Virus record (IMG/VR): IMGVR_UViG_3300042334_000901
Location: 1 to 30,310 of that record
Strand: one strand, 5' to 3'
DNA: 30,310 bases
Source: a virus
Taxonomy: Duplodnaviria > Caudoviricetes
In this document: positions 9,407 through 17,888 of the stretch, piece after piece
Position numbering within the stretch: position 1 is the stretch's first letter
Layout: each line of letters begins with the position of its first letter
Notes under the pieces: generated by a model
The model's database searches: none
What the model saw: only the letters and a program-made list of their open reading frames with translations
Told to the model about the DNA's origin: nothing
Made by a program: the position numbers and the translations under genes

Positions 9407-9811
9407 ATGAGTGAAATTGATCTAAATCGTTATAGTGAGTTTGTTGACTCAGTAATGAGTAATAAAAGTAAAAACCTAGAAGAATTTATTGCAGTTCTTC
9501 GTTCAATACACGCTTCTGGTATTAATGCTCCTTTGCTTAATACTGCTGTAGCTGGTCTTGCGGGCGAAACCGGAGAATTTTGTGATATTGCAAAAAAACT
9601 GTTCTTTCAAGGAAAACCAGTTACTGATGATGTAAAAATTCATTTGTTCAAAGAACTTGGAGATATTGCATTTTATTGGGTAACTGCATGTAAAGCACTA
9701 GGGTTTAATCCAGATGAAGTTATTGCAGGAAACCAAACAAAATTAAGTGCAAGGTATCCTGTTGGATTTTCTGCTGCAAACTCTGAAAACAAGGCACCAA
9801 CCGATCTATGA
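9407..9811 (+). CDS. MazG-like NTP pyrophosphohydrolase
   Basis: GLAGETGEFCD...KELGDI...N..KL..RYP.GF. Confidence 0.9.
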   Translation: MSEIDLNRYSEFVDSVMSNKSKNLEEFIAVLRSIHASGINAPLLNTAVAGLAGETGEFCDIAKKLFFQGKPVTDDVKIHLFKELGDIAFYWVTACKALGFNPDEVIAGNQTKLSARYPVGFSAANSENKAPTDL

Positions 9812-10032
9812 CCTTAGAGTTTAGTGATAAAAAATTCGAAGAATTAATTTCTCGAAAAGAAGAACTCAAGAAAAAGCAATTACTTGCTTTTTCTATGGGG
9901 CTTGGAAATCATATTCATGAACAATTTCGTCGTATCTTAGACGAACTAGATGTAGAAATCTATAGTATGAACGAAATTAAAAAAGAAAATGCGAAAAAGC
10001 CTAACGAGAATGATGAAGGTTTAATCATATGA
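9808..10032 (+). CDS. Small coiled-coil hypothetical protein
   Basis: ATGA overlaps at both ends. Confidence 0.7.
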   Translation: MTLEFSDKKFEELISRKEELKKKQLLAFSMGLGNHIHEQFRRILDELDVEIYSMNEIKKENAKKPNENDEGLII

Positions 10033-10538
10033 GTGAATTAGTTTCTTATCAATTAGTGGTGGATGAAAATGATGTAGTTAATGCATTATTATGTGGTGCA
10101 AAGCTAAATGATATAGTAACTAATAATGGCGATTGGATTGACAAATTCAATCGCTATTCGAATATGTTTGATCTTGGTGATAAAATAGAGTATAGTCTTC
10201 CTGTTATAGACAGTGATGAGTATATTACACAATGCGTAAATACATGGGGCATCCCGCAGAAATATCTAGAAATAGATATTGAATCTTTTTTATATAGCAA
10301 GTGTGTTAATACAACACAAAAAGATCGAGTTCATGAAGAATTGATCCTATACAAAGAAAGAAATTTGATAATATTGTTAAAGTTTATGATCTATTTTGTA
10401 GATACTTTACGAAAACATAATATTCTGTGGGGTGTAGGTAGAGGAAGTTCAGTATCAAGTTATATACTATATCTAATTGGTATACACAGAATTGACTCTA
10501 TTAAATACGATTTAAATATAGGAGAGTTCTTAAAATGA
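10029..10538 (+). CDS. Stand-alone fragment of DNA polymerase III alpha (DnaE-like, N-terminal part of the palm region)
   Basis: RVHEEL...VDTLRKHNILWGVGRGSSVSSYILYLIGIHRIDSIKYDL..GEFL aligns by eye with DnaE GPGRGSAAGSLVAY.LGIT.IDP..Y.L.FERFL; stops before the catalytic PDxDxD. Confidence 0.85.
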   Translation: MSELVSYQLVVDENDVVNALLCGAKLNDIVTNNGDWIDKFNRYSNMFDLGDKIEYSLPVIDSDEYITQCVNTWGIPQKYLEIDIESFLYSKCVNTTQKDRVHEELILYKERNLIILLKFMIYFVDTLRKHNILWGVGRGSSVSSYILYLIGIHRIDSIKYDLNIGEFLK

Positions 10539-10921
10539 AGATAAAATCAGCAATGGGCAAAGTGGTGGATATAACTTCACTTATGCGAGAAAATGAAGAA
10601 GTGCTTGCAGTTAGTAATGTAAAAATGAATGCACGTGGTGACAGGCTTGGATCAGACGGAAAAGTAATCGTTCCTGTTCAACAGATTGCAAAAAAACAGA
10701 AATCAGAAGTGTCTCCAATAATTTCAACTTCTATTGAAAATGCAGCGATGCCTGCAAAGGTAATGGCAGAAGAAGAAAAAAAGATTGCAACAAAAAAGAC
10801 AAAAAAAGCAGAAAGCAAAGTAGTTAATATTGTTTCTAAAACAGATGAAGCTGGCAATACTTTTAGTGAAATTGAATATGAAGATGGTAGCATTGAGATT
10901 AAACAAGATGGTGCGTTTTAA
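10535..10921 (+). CDS. Conserved phage hypothetical protein
   Basis: SAMGKVVD...AVSNVKMNARGD..G..G motif; ATGA overlap, GGAG RBS. Confidence 0.75.
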   Translation: MKIKSAMGKVVDITSLMRENEEVLAVSNVKMNARGDRLGSDGKVIVPVQQIAKKQKSEVSPIISTSIENAAMPAKVMAEEEKKIATKKTKKAESKVVNIVSKTDEAGNTFSEIEYEDGSIEIKQDGAF

Positions 10922-11238
10922 TGACATATAAAACATTAACTCCGTTACATAACAAAGTAATTGGAAAAAGCGTTGATGATTATGGATTAAGAAAAACATC
11001 TGGGGGTCTTTTAATAAATGAAAAAGATGGAAATGAAAAATCAATTCGTCCACGCTGGTTTGAAGTTACCCACGTTGGCCCATTGAATCTAGACGTAAAA
11101 GTTGGTGATTATGTGTTGGTAGCACATGGTAGATGGGGCAGAGGGTTTACTATTAACGAAAGTGAGAATACAAAATATTTTCACTTAGACCAAGATGAAA
11201 TTTTAATTATGACTGAAACTAATCCAACTACGCACTAA
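10921..11238 (+). CDS. groES: GroES-like co-chaperonin
   Basis: LTPLHNKVI, mobile loop KTSGGLLI, VGP...VKVGDYVL, DEIL. Confidence 0.85.
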   Translation: MTYKTLTPLHNKVIGKSVDDYGLRKTSGGLLINEKDGNEKSIRPRWFEVTHVGPLNLDVKVGDYVLVAHGRWGRGFTINESENTKYFHLDQDEILIMTETNPTTH

Positions 11239-11251
11239 AATAGGAAATAGA

Positions 11252-12172
11252 ATGAAAAATATATGGTTTGAAAAGTATCGCCCGACAAAATTATCTGAAT
11301 ACGTATTCAAAGACGATAACTTAAAAAACCAAGTAAAAAGCTGGATCAATGACAAAAGTATACCACATATACTTTTGTCTGGTCCTGCCGGAACTGGTAA
11401 AACAAGTTTAGCAAAGGTATTAGTTAGTGAATTGGGCATTGAGGGTGCAGATTTGCTTACTATAAACGCTAGTAAAGAAAATGGTGTAGATACTATACGT
11501 AGAAAAATATCTTCATTTAGTGAAACTATGCCTTGGGGAGATTTCAAGATAATTCATTTGGATGAAGCTGATCACCTTACCACTGAAGGACAAGCTGCAT
11601 TACGTGGTGTTATGGAACAACATATAGGAACTGTAAGATTTATACTTACCTGTAACTATCCAAATATGATTATACCTGCTATTCACAGTCGCGTTCAAAC
11701 CATTCATTTGAAAAGTCTTGATGAAACCGAATTTGCTGTAAAGCTGGCGGAAATGTTAGTAACTGAAAACGTAGAATTTGATTTAGGAACATTAGATACC
11801 TACATTCGTGCTACTTATCCAGATATGCGTAAGACAATTAACAATTTAGAATTAAACGTAATAAACAACACATTGACCGCTCCAACTGAATCTAGTGATA
11901 CTAGCGAATGGAAATTAAAAATGGTTGAATTGTTTAGCAATGGAAAAATCAGTGATGCACGAAAGCACATATGTAAGAATATTAGATCAGACGAATATAT
12001 CGAAACATTTCAGTTTTTGTATCGCAACTTAGATTTCTTTGGTAAAACAGAAGATCAACAAGACGAAGCTGTATTGATTATTCGCAATGGATTAGTTAAG
12101 CATGGTCAAGTTGCTGACCCAGAAATAAATTTAAGTGCAACATTAATAGAATTAGCAAATCTGGGGAAATAA
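11252..12172 (+). CDS. Sliding-clamp loader AAA+ subunit (T4 gp44/RFC small subunit-like)
   Basis: WFEKYRP, GPAGTGKT, INAS, LDEAD, RFILTCN, AIHSR. Confidence 0.95.
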   Translation: MKNIWFEKYRPTKLSEYVFKDDNLKNQVKSWINDKSIPHILLSGPAGTGKTSLAKVLVSELGIEGADLLTINASKENGVDTIRRKISSFSETMPWGDFKIIHLDEADHLTTEGQAALRGVMEQHIGTVRFILTCNYPNMIIPAIHSRVQTIHLKSLDETEFAVKLAEMLVTENVEFDLGTLDTYIRATYPDMRKTINNLELNVINNTLTAPTESSDTSEWKLKMVELFSNGKISDARKHICKNIRSDEYIETFQFLYRNLDFFGKTEDQQDEAVLIIRNGLVKHGQVADPEINLSATLIELANLGK

Positions 12173-12174
12173 TA

Positions 12175-13686
12175 ATGGTTACTGTAAAATTACTAAATGG
12201 TGATTGCAAAGAAAAACTAAAAGAATTAGCAGACAATTCTATTGATTCCATAGTAGTTGACCCACCTTATGGTTTAAGTAAAGAACCCGATATGATAGAA
12301 GTGTTGACACATTGGCTTGCTGGTGATGATTATACACATTCTTCCAAAGGTTTCATGGGAAAAACTTGGGACAGTTTTGTTCCTAGTCCTAGTATATGGA
12401 AAGAATGTTTACGTGTTTTAAAACCCGGTGGGTATATGGTTTCTTTTTTTGGAACAAGAACATATGATATGGGTGTTTTATCAATTCGAATTGCTGGATT
12501 TGAAATTCGTGATCAATTGGCATGGGTTTATGGAAGTGGATTCCCAAAATCTATGGCAGTAGATAAAGCAATTGACAAACATTTTAAAGCTGAACGAACT
12601 ATTAAAAAAGGCGTAAAGCAAGGACATGAAGAATTTGCAAATAGAACAACTAAAGGACATCTTTCTGGTGAAAATAAAAACGAAGGGTGGGCACGACCAT
12701 GGATGGAAGCAGATGACGCAAATGATTATCACTATGATTTTGAGCCTGCTACAGAGGATGCAAAAAAATGGGTTGGTTGGGGAACTGCACTAAAGCCAGC
12801 ATTTGAACCAATTGTGTTGGCCCGCAAACCTCTTATCGGAACCGTAGCAGAAAATGTTTTAAAACATGGGGTTGGTGGTATCAACATAAATGATACTAGA
12901 ATACCAATAAATCCAGAAATAGATGATCCTAGACTTGGAGGGAAAGGAACTTGGAAAACTGATGGTATGGCAAAGAACGTCTATGCGGGTGGGTATGCTG
13001 GTATAGAGAATGGTTCTAGTGCATTGGGTAGATTTCCTAGTAATTTTATGCATGATGGTAGTGAGGAAGTAGTAGAATTATTTCCACAAAGTAAAGGTCA
13101 ACAAGGCGATGTTAAAGGAACAGAAAAATCACATACTGGACAAAATGGGATTTATAATGAATATGGCAGAGTAGAATCGCAAAAACGTGGTGATTCTGGC
13201 AGTGCAGCAAGGTTCTTTTATTGTGCCAAAGCTTCCAAAAGTGACAGAAATTTTGGACTTGATGATTTTGAAGAAGCATCTATTGGTGCAAAAGGAAATG
13301 GAATTCGTAGAGTTTGTGAAACATGCGGAGCATCTAGTTTAGAGTCGCATCTTTGTAAATGTTCCGAAAAAAATTGGGTAAATCCTGCTAACAAAAAAAA
13401 TATTCATCCAACAGTAAAACCTACAGAACTTATGAAATATTTGGTTAAAATGGTAACACCAGTTGGTGGAACAGTATTAGACCCATTTATGGGAAGCGGT
13501 TCAACTGGGAAAGCTGCGGTCAGCGAAGGTTTTAATTTTGTTGGTATAGAAATGCAAAAAGAATATTATGATATTGCAGAAGCTAGAATTAATCATGCTA
13601 TGTTACCAAAAGTAGAAGAACCAAAAATAAAAAAAGAAAAGAAACCAAAATCTACTCCAATATTGCCATCTGCGTTGTTTGAATAA
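12175..13686 (+). CDS. N6-adenine/N4-cytosine DNA methyltransferase, beta-class motif order, orphan
   Basis: DPPY near the N-terminus; HPTVKP and DPFMGSGSTG near the C-terminus; YGSGFPKS, GWGTALKPA, GRFPSN, ARFFYCAKAS. Confidence 0.95.
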   Translation: MVTVKLLNGDCKEKLKELADNSIDSIVVDPPYGLSKEPDMIEVLTHWLAGDDYTHSSKGFMGKTWDSFVPSPSIWKECLRVLKPGGYMVSFFGTRTYDMGVLSIRIAGFEIRDQLAWVYGSGFPKSMAVDKAIDKHFKAERTIKKGVKQGHEEFANRTTKGHLSGENKNEGWARPWMEADDANDYHYDFEPATEDAKKWVGWGTALKPAFEPIVLARKPLIGTVAENVLKHGVGGININDTRIPINPEIDDPRLGGKGTWKTDGMAKNVYAGGYAGIENGSSALGRFPSNFMHDGSEEVVELFPQSKGQQGDVKGTEKSHTGQNGIYNEYGRVESQKRGDSGSAARFFYCAKASKSDRNFGLDDFEEASIGAKGNGIRRVCETCGASSLESHLCKCSEKNWVNPANKKNIHPTVKPTELMKYLVKMVTPVGGTVLDPFMGSGSTGKAAVSEGFNFVGIEMQKEYYDIAEARINHAMLPKVEEPKIKKEKKPKSTPILPSALFE

Positions 13687-13689
13687 CGC

Positions 13690-13718
13690 TTGACTCTGGT
13701 ATTACATTAGTGTATGAT
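13690..13718 (+). promoter_or_regulatory. Sigma70-type promoter
   Basis: TTGACT-17 nt-TATGAT. Confidence 0.8.
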
Positions 13719-13741
13719 AGTTGAACATCAGAGGATTAACC

Positions 13742-14167
13742 ATGAATATTTTGAATGAACCCTATTTCTTTTCAGAAGAAAATATTAAAAAGATTTGTGA
13801 AATAAAAGAAGCAGTTTATGTATGCGACACTACTCTAAAAAATGGGGCAGATTGTTCTGTATTTTATGGAAAAACACCGCATCCCGATAGTAACAGTAGA
13901 TATTTTGGTTTATATCGTCACCCTCTAACTAATACACTTTATATATGCGATGGGTCATCTGTTGAAGATTTAGAAATTACTGGCGTAATAGCAGACAACA
14001 ATGACATTATCTACAGTCGGTCACGCCATGATTATAGGCATTCACCAGATGAAACAGTATGGATTGATGGTGGGCGAGATTACGTTAGAAGTGGAGCATA
14101 TTTGCCAGAAAAATATGTTCAACTTTATGTCGAAGATGGAAAACTCAAAGTAAAAACAGAAGAGTAG
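13742..14167 (+). CDS. Conserved phage hypothetical protein (SRHDY/DGGRDY motifs)
   Basis: GAGGA RBS before the ATG at 13742; YSRSRHDY...WIDGGRDY. Confidence 0.75.
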   Translation: MNILNEPYFFSEENIKKICEIKEAVYVCDTTLKNGADCSVFYGKTPHPDSNSRYFGLYRHPLTNTLYICDGSSVEDLEITGVIADNNDIIYSRSRHDYRHSPDETVWIDGGRDYVRSGAYLPEKYVQLYVEDGKLKVKTEE

Positions 14168-14174
14168 ATAGATA

Positions 14175-14360
14175 ATGAAATTTTATGTAACATATAATAC
14201 TGATAAAACTACTTTGTATGTTTTGCATAAATGTAAAATAAGTAGGTATACATTCGATAATGAATTTATTGAATGTATCAAAGATATAAACGAAATAGAC
14301 CCTATTTCGTTTATTAAAGAAATACTGCTACAACAAATCAAATTAGGAGAAAAAATATGA
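14175..14360 (+). CDS. Small hypothetical protein
   Basis: 61 aa, fills the operon gap; ATGA overlap downstream. Confidence 0.55.
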   Translation: MKFYVTYNTDKTTLYVLHKCKISRYTFDNEFIECIKDINEIDPISFIKEILLQQIKLGEKI

Positions 14361-14581
14361 AAATAAATGTAGAAATTGATTGCTCACCAAGTGAGTTTAA
14401 AGAACTTATGGTTCCCGGCGAAAAGCAAAATGAATTTATTTTGCAGATGATTGAAGCTGCTAATAAAAATAACCCATTTGCAGAACGATATACAAAGACT
14501 TCACAAGAAGTAGCAGATGCATGGGACAGTGCCCGTGAATCTATGCTTAATGCTTGGGAAAAAGCAACAAAATCAAAATAA
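14357..14581 (+). CDS. DUF6489-like small protein
   Basis: AGGAG RBS; MKINVEIDCSPSE resembles the MK(V/I)xIE(I/V)DCTPxE start of DUF6489 proteins. Confidence 0.6.
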   Translation: MKINVEIDCSPSEFKELMVPGEKQNEFILQMIEAANKNNPFAERYTKTSQEVADAWDSARESMLNAWEKATKSK

Positions 14582-14594
14582 CTTTAAATTACAA

Positions 14595-14619
14595 TGGTAA
14601 GAGCATTATGCTCTTACCA
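14595..14619. repeat. Perfect 12-bp inverted repeat with 1-nt spacer
   Basis: tggtaagagcat-t-atgctcttacca, intergenic, directly before the AAGGA RBS of the next gene. Confidence 0.95.
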
Positions 14620-14630
14620 AGGATATTATT

Positions 14631-14831
14631 ATGAAAATGCTTATTACAGAAACTGCACTTGAATACAAATCGTTGCCAGAAGAAGTAAAGGCATCTACAA
14701 TACTGGTATTGATCAAAATGCCAAATAGTGATATGTATTATGTCAAAAAAGGAAGATATAAATTAAAGCTTCCACGATATGTATCAAAGGAAGAAATAAC
14801 CGAAATGATCTTATATAAAAAATTTGGGTAA
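14631..14831 (+). CDS. Small hypothetical protein
   Basis: 66 aa, AAGGA RBS. Confidence 0.65.
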   Translation: MKMLITETALEYKSLPEEVKASTILVLIKMPNSDMYYVKKGRYKLKLPRYVSKEEITEMILYKKFG

Positions 14832-14836
14832 TATAC

Positions 14837-15106
14837 ATGATAAAATATCGTATATTTTCTGTAAAATTTGGAGAATATGCCTATAAAACAGTCGATATTG
14901 ATCGTTTATTGCGTAGTCGATATGATAATTGGTATACTGGTGATATCGGACAATGGGCAAAAGAAAATAATATAAAGTTAATCCAAAGCGAAATGCTGCA
15001 TGATCAAAACACTAGGCAACATATCTATAATTATTATATGACATTAACTGACGAACAAGACAAAGAATACAAAGAAATTCTATTTTATAAAAAATTAACG
15101 GAGTAA
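14837..15106 (+). CDS. Small hypothetical protein
   Basis: 89 aa, operon packing. Confidence 0.65.
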   Translation: MIKYRIFSVKFGEYAYKTVDIDRLLRSRYDNWYTGDIGQWAKENNIKLIQSEMLHDQNTRQHIYNYYMTLTDEQDKEYKEILFYKKLTE

Positions 15107-15108
15107 TC

Positions 15109-15381
15109 ATGATCGAAATTAACGAAGCCTTTAAAGAAACACTTCTCAAAAAATTGAAAAGTGAAAAAGTAACTATAACTTTTATAAAAATAAACAATGA
15201 AACACGTAATATGACTTGCACTCTTATGGAAAATAGTTTACCTTCGGTAAGCAAAGATGATTTGACTAGTCAAAAGAAAATTAGACAAGCATCGCCAGAA
15301 ATTCTAGCAGTATGGGATTTAAATAAAAATGCATGGAGAAGTATGCGTTGGGATAAAATTATAGAGGTTATAGATGGCTAA
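15109..15381 (+). CDS. WYL_2/DUF2693-like SH3-fold protein
   Basis: VTITFIKINNETRNMTCTL...VWDLNKNAWRSMRWD; GGAG RBS. Confidence 0.8.
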   Translation: MIEINEAFKETLLKKLKSEKVTITFIKINNETRNMTCTLMENSLPSVSKDDLTSQKKIRQASPEILAVWDLNKNAWRSMRWDKIIEVIDG

Positions 15382-15907
15382 CAATTTAAAAGAATTAACT
15401 AAAGAATTACACCACTCTGCTGAAAGAAAAGCATTTGCTAAAATACTACTAAGTGGAAAAATCACTCCAGAATTGTATCATCGGTATCTTTATAATCAAT
15501 TTCATGCCTATCAAGCATTAGAATCAAAAATTGACTTTACTGGAATTGAAAGTATTATACGTTATGAAAAAATTCGTGATGATATAAACGAGTTAGAAAT
15601 ATTATATGATATTACAAATACAACGCCAATTTGCGAATCTACAAAAGAATATGTTAGATATGTTCAGTCAATAGATGACCAAGATCGGTTAGTTTCTCAT
15701 ATGTATGTTCGCCACTTTGGAGATATGTATGGCGGTAACATTATAAAAGGTCGTGTTCCGGGAAATGGAAGTATGTATAATTTTGTTGATGTTGATAATT
15801 TAAAATTAATAGTCCGTGAGAAATTAACAGATGATATGGCAGAAGAAGCAAAAATATGTTTTACCTTTGCTATACGGTTATTTGAAGAGTTAATGCAAAA
15901 TGAGTGA
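15374..15907 (+). CDS. hemO: Heme oxygenase (biliverdin-producing)
   Basis: LKELTKELHHSAE (proximal His), Y..LE, HMYVRHFGDMYGGNII distal helix, EEAK..F. Confidence 0.92.
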   Translation: MANNLKELTKELHHSAERKAFAKILLSGKITPELYHRYLYNQFHAYQALESKIDFTGIESIIRYEKIRDDINELEILYDITNTTPICESTKEYVRYVQSIDDQDRLVSHMYVRHFGDMYGGNIIKGRVPGNGSMYNFVDVDNLKLIVREKLTDDMAEEAKICFTFAIRLFEELMQNE

Positions 15908-16583
15908 AGTTTGGGATACTCTAATAAAATTACAAAATGATCTTATCACTGCATTCGACAGTAGTGGAACTGAAATATACGAAAATGGTATGGATAAGTT
16001 CAATAAACCAAATTGGATTAATAGAGTTTGGACTAGTAACAAGTATAGACGTGCACATATTGACGTGGTAGATGCTAGGGAATCAAAAGGGTTGTGGATG
16101 ATGCATTGTTGTATATTTCCACATTTGCATAGCAATGCCCCAATATTTGGTCTAGATGTAGTTGCTGGTTCCCGTAAAATAACAGGTTTCTTTCATGACT
16201 ATTCCCCTACCGAAAGCTTGGATCATCCCATGATAGACGATTTTATTAATTCCACTGAAAGATTAGAATGGAATAAAAAAAGAGAGTTACCAGACTGGGC
16301 AAAACAAATCTTTAATAAAGATATGATTTCTGCTGGAAATATTCAAAGTCCAGAAGAATTAAAACAATTACTAAACTACAGTTATGAAAGTATCTTTAAT
16401 TATATGTGGTGGATTGCTGACTACAATAATATAGCAGACGAAAATATTATAAAAGCTGCACAAAATAGGTATGCTCACTATCAAAAGCAAAATCCACATA
16501 CGCCAAGAACAATGACTGCATTAGGTCTTAATCCCGATGAAGTTAAAGAATTTATAGAAGTATGTCTTTTCCCTGAAATTTAA
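15900..16583 (+). CDS. pcyX: Ferredoxin-dependent bilin reductase, PcyX type
   Basis: WINRVW, RRAHIDVVDARESKGLWMMH, PIFGLDVVAG, FHDYSP, RELPDWAKQIF, QKQNPHTPRTM..LGL, LFP. The HID (rather than PcyA HLE) motif fits the phage PcyX clade. Confidence 0.85.
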   Translation: MSEVWDTLIKLQNDLITAFDSSGTEIYENGMDKFNKPNWINRVWTSNKYRRAHIDVVDARESKGLWMMHCCIFPHLHSNAPIFGLDVVAGSRKITGFFHDYSPTESLDHPMIDDFINSTERLEWNKKRELPDWAKQIFNKDMISAGNIQSPEELKQLLNYSYESIFNYMWWIADYNNIADENIIKAAQNRYAHYQKQNPHTPRTMTALGLNPDEVKEFIEVCLFPEI

Positions 16584-16605
16584 CCCCAATAAAAGGAAGT
16601 CTAAA

Positions 16606-16791
16606 ATGCCATATACTTATCGTAGTCTACTAGAGATTGATTCGTTTACGTATGATTATCTTGAATTTGTATTGCCAACTCCTATAGAAGATACTCCAAT
16701 AGGAGAAATTAATTCTTTTCTTACAGTGATGGAAAAGAACTTTATTGAGCTTGACAACATTAACGAAGAAAGCTATGCTATGGCTGAGTGA
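16606..16791 (+). CDS. Small acidic hypothetical protein
   Basis: AAGGA RBS, 61 aa. Confidence 0.55.
   Translation: MPYTYRSLLEIDSFTYDYLEFVLPTPIEDTPIGEINSFLTVMEKNFIELDNINEESYAMAE
16751..16779 (+). promoter_or_regulatory. Sigma70-type promoter
   Basis: TTGACA-17 nt-TATGCT inside the 3' end of the upstream ORF. Confidence 0.75.
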
Positions 16792-16808
16792 TTAAAAAGG
16801 AGAAAGCC

Positions 16809-17279
16809 ATGTCAGATAGCAGTGATAATAATGCAGGTGGATTTGTACTACTATTTTATTTATTTGTGTTAGTAGTTGCAGTAATTGCTCTTTTTATAGC
16901 GTTTACTATTAAAGGTGCAGTTCTTATTTGGAATTTTACACAAAAGGCATGGCTTTCTCTTACTTGGGTGGCAGTAAATTTGTCATATGCAGGAGTATTT
17001 TACTATTATAATTTTATGGTTGCTACAACCGCAAAAAGTTTTGTATTTGTCGGAACTACATATTACCTTATCGCTCTTGGATTAATAATTGCTGCAACAA
17101 TTTATTATATTAATAAAAATTCAGAGCAATTCTACTACGCATGTGAACAAACACGAGAAGCCAGAGAAAACAACGAAAACGGAATACAGATTCCATTTTG
17201 GCTTAAATTATTTGGTTTCGCATTTGTCGTAAAATCTAGCTATAATGCTGGAAGAAAAATTGGAAAGTCTATCGTATGA
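16809..17279 (+). CDS. Membrane protein (about 3 TM helices)
   Basis: AAGGAG RBS before the ATG at 16809; three long hydrophobic stretches. Confidence 0.75.
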   Translation: MSDSSDNNAGGFVLLFYLFVLVVAVIALFIAFTIKGAVLIWNFTQKAWLSLTWVAVNLSYAGVFYYYNFMVATTAKSFVFVGTTYYLIALGLIIAATIYYINKNSEQFYYACEQTREARENNENGIQIPFWLKLFGFAFVVKSSYNAGRKIGKSIV

Positions 17280-17857
17280 ACAAAAAGATAATTTTAACTG
17301 ACATTGATGGCGTATGTCTATATTGGGAAAATCATTTCCACAATTGGATGAATAGACGTGGATACAATGTAATCAATGCTAACACTTATGCCATTCATGA
17401 ATCGTATAATTGCAACAAAGATCGTGCTGAACAGCTAGTGTACGAATTCAATACTAGTTCCTACATGATTGATGTTCCTGCATTTAGGGATGCAATAAGT
17501 GGTATTGGTAAATTGAAAGAAAATGGATATAGATTTATTGCAATTACTAGTGTTGGCGGTGATTATAATACTGAAAGATTGAGAAAAATTAATCTAGAAG
17601 ATCATTTTGGAAAAAATACATTTACCGAAGTTCACTGTATAGAAGGAAATAAACAACCTTATCTTGAACCATATCGTGGAAGTGGTATGTATTGGATTGA
17701 GGATTTGGGTAAAAATGCTTTGCTTGGTGCAAACATGGGTCTTAACACATTTTTACTTGATCATCCTTATAATCAAGATTGTTCACATGAACGAATCATT
17801 CGTGTAAAAAGCTGGGCAGAGATTTGTAATAATATTCTTAGTAGTGTTGCGACTTAG
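17276..17857 (+). CDS. HAD-family phosphatase / 5'-nucleotidase-like (T4 gp30.2-like)
   Basis: ILTDIDGV motif I, AITS, WIED, HPYN, RVKSW. Confidence 0.88.
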   Translation: MNKKIILTDIDGVCLYWENHFHNWMNRRGYNVINANTYAIHESYNCNKDRAEQLVYEFNTSSYMIDVPAFRDAISGIGKLKENGYRFIAITSVGGDYNTERLRKINLEDHFGKNTFTEVHCIEGNKQPYLEPYRGSGMYWIEDLGKNALLGANMGLNTFLLDHPYNQDCSHERIIRVKSWAEICNNILSSVAT

Positions 17858-17888
17858 ACTCAATAAGCGTATTCACTAATAGATATTA

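Noticed and set aside
10500-10921. Frameshift or intron joining the DnaE fragment to the next ORF
   Set aside because: The downstream ORF has its own RBS, lacks the DxD catalytic motif, and I see no DnaE continuation there.
15374-16583. Cyanophage origin inferred from the bilin genes
   Set aside because: The reductase motifs fit PcyX better than PcyA/PebS, and no psbA, hli, petF or cpeT genes occur in the window; not fully excluded without the rest of the genome.
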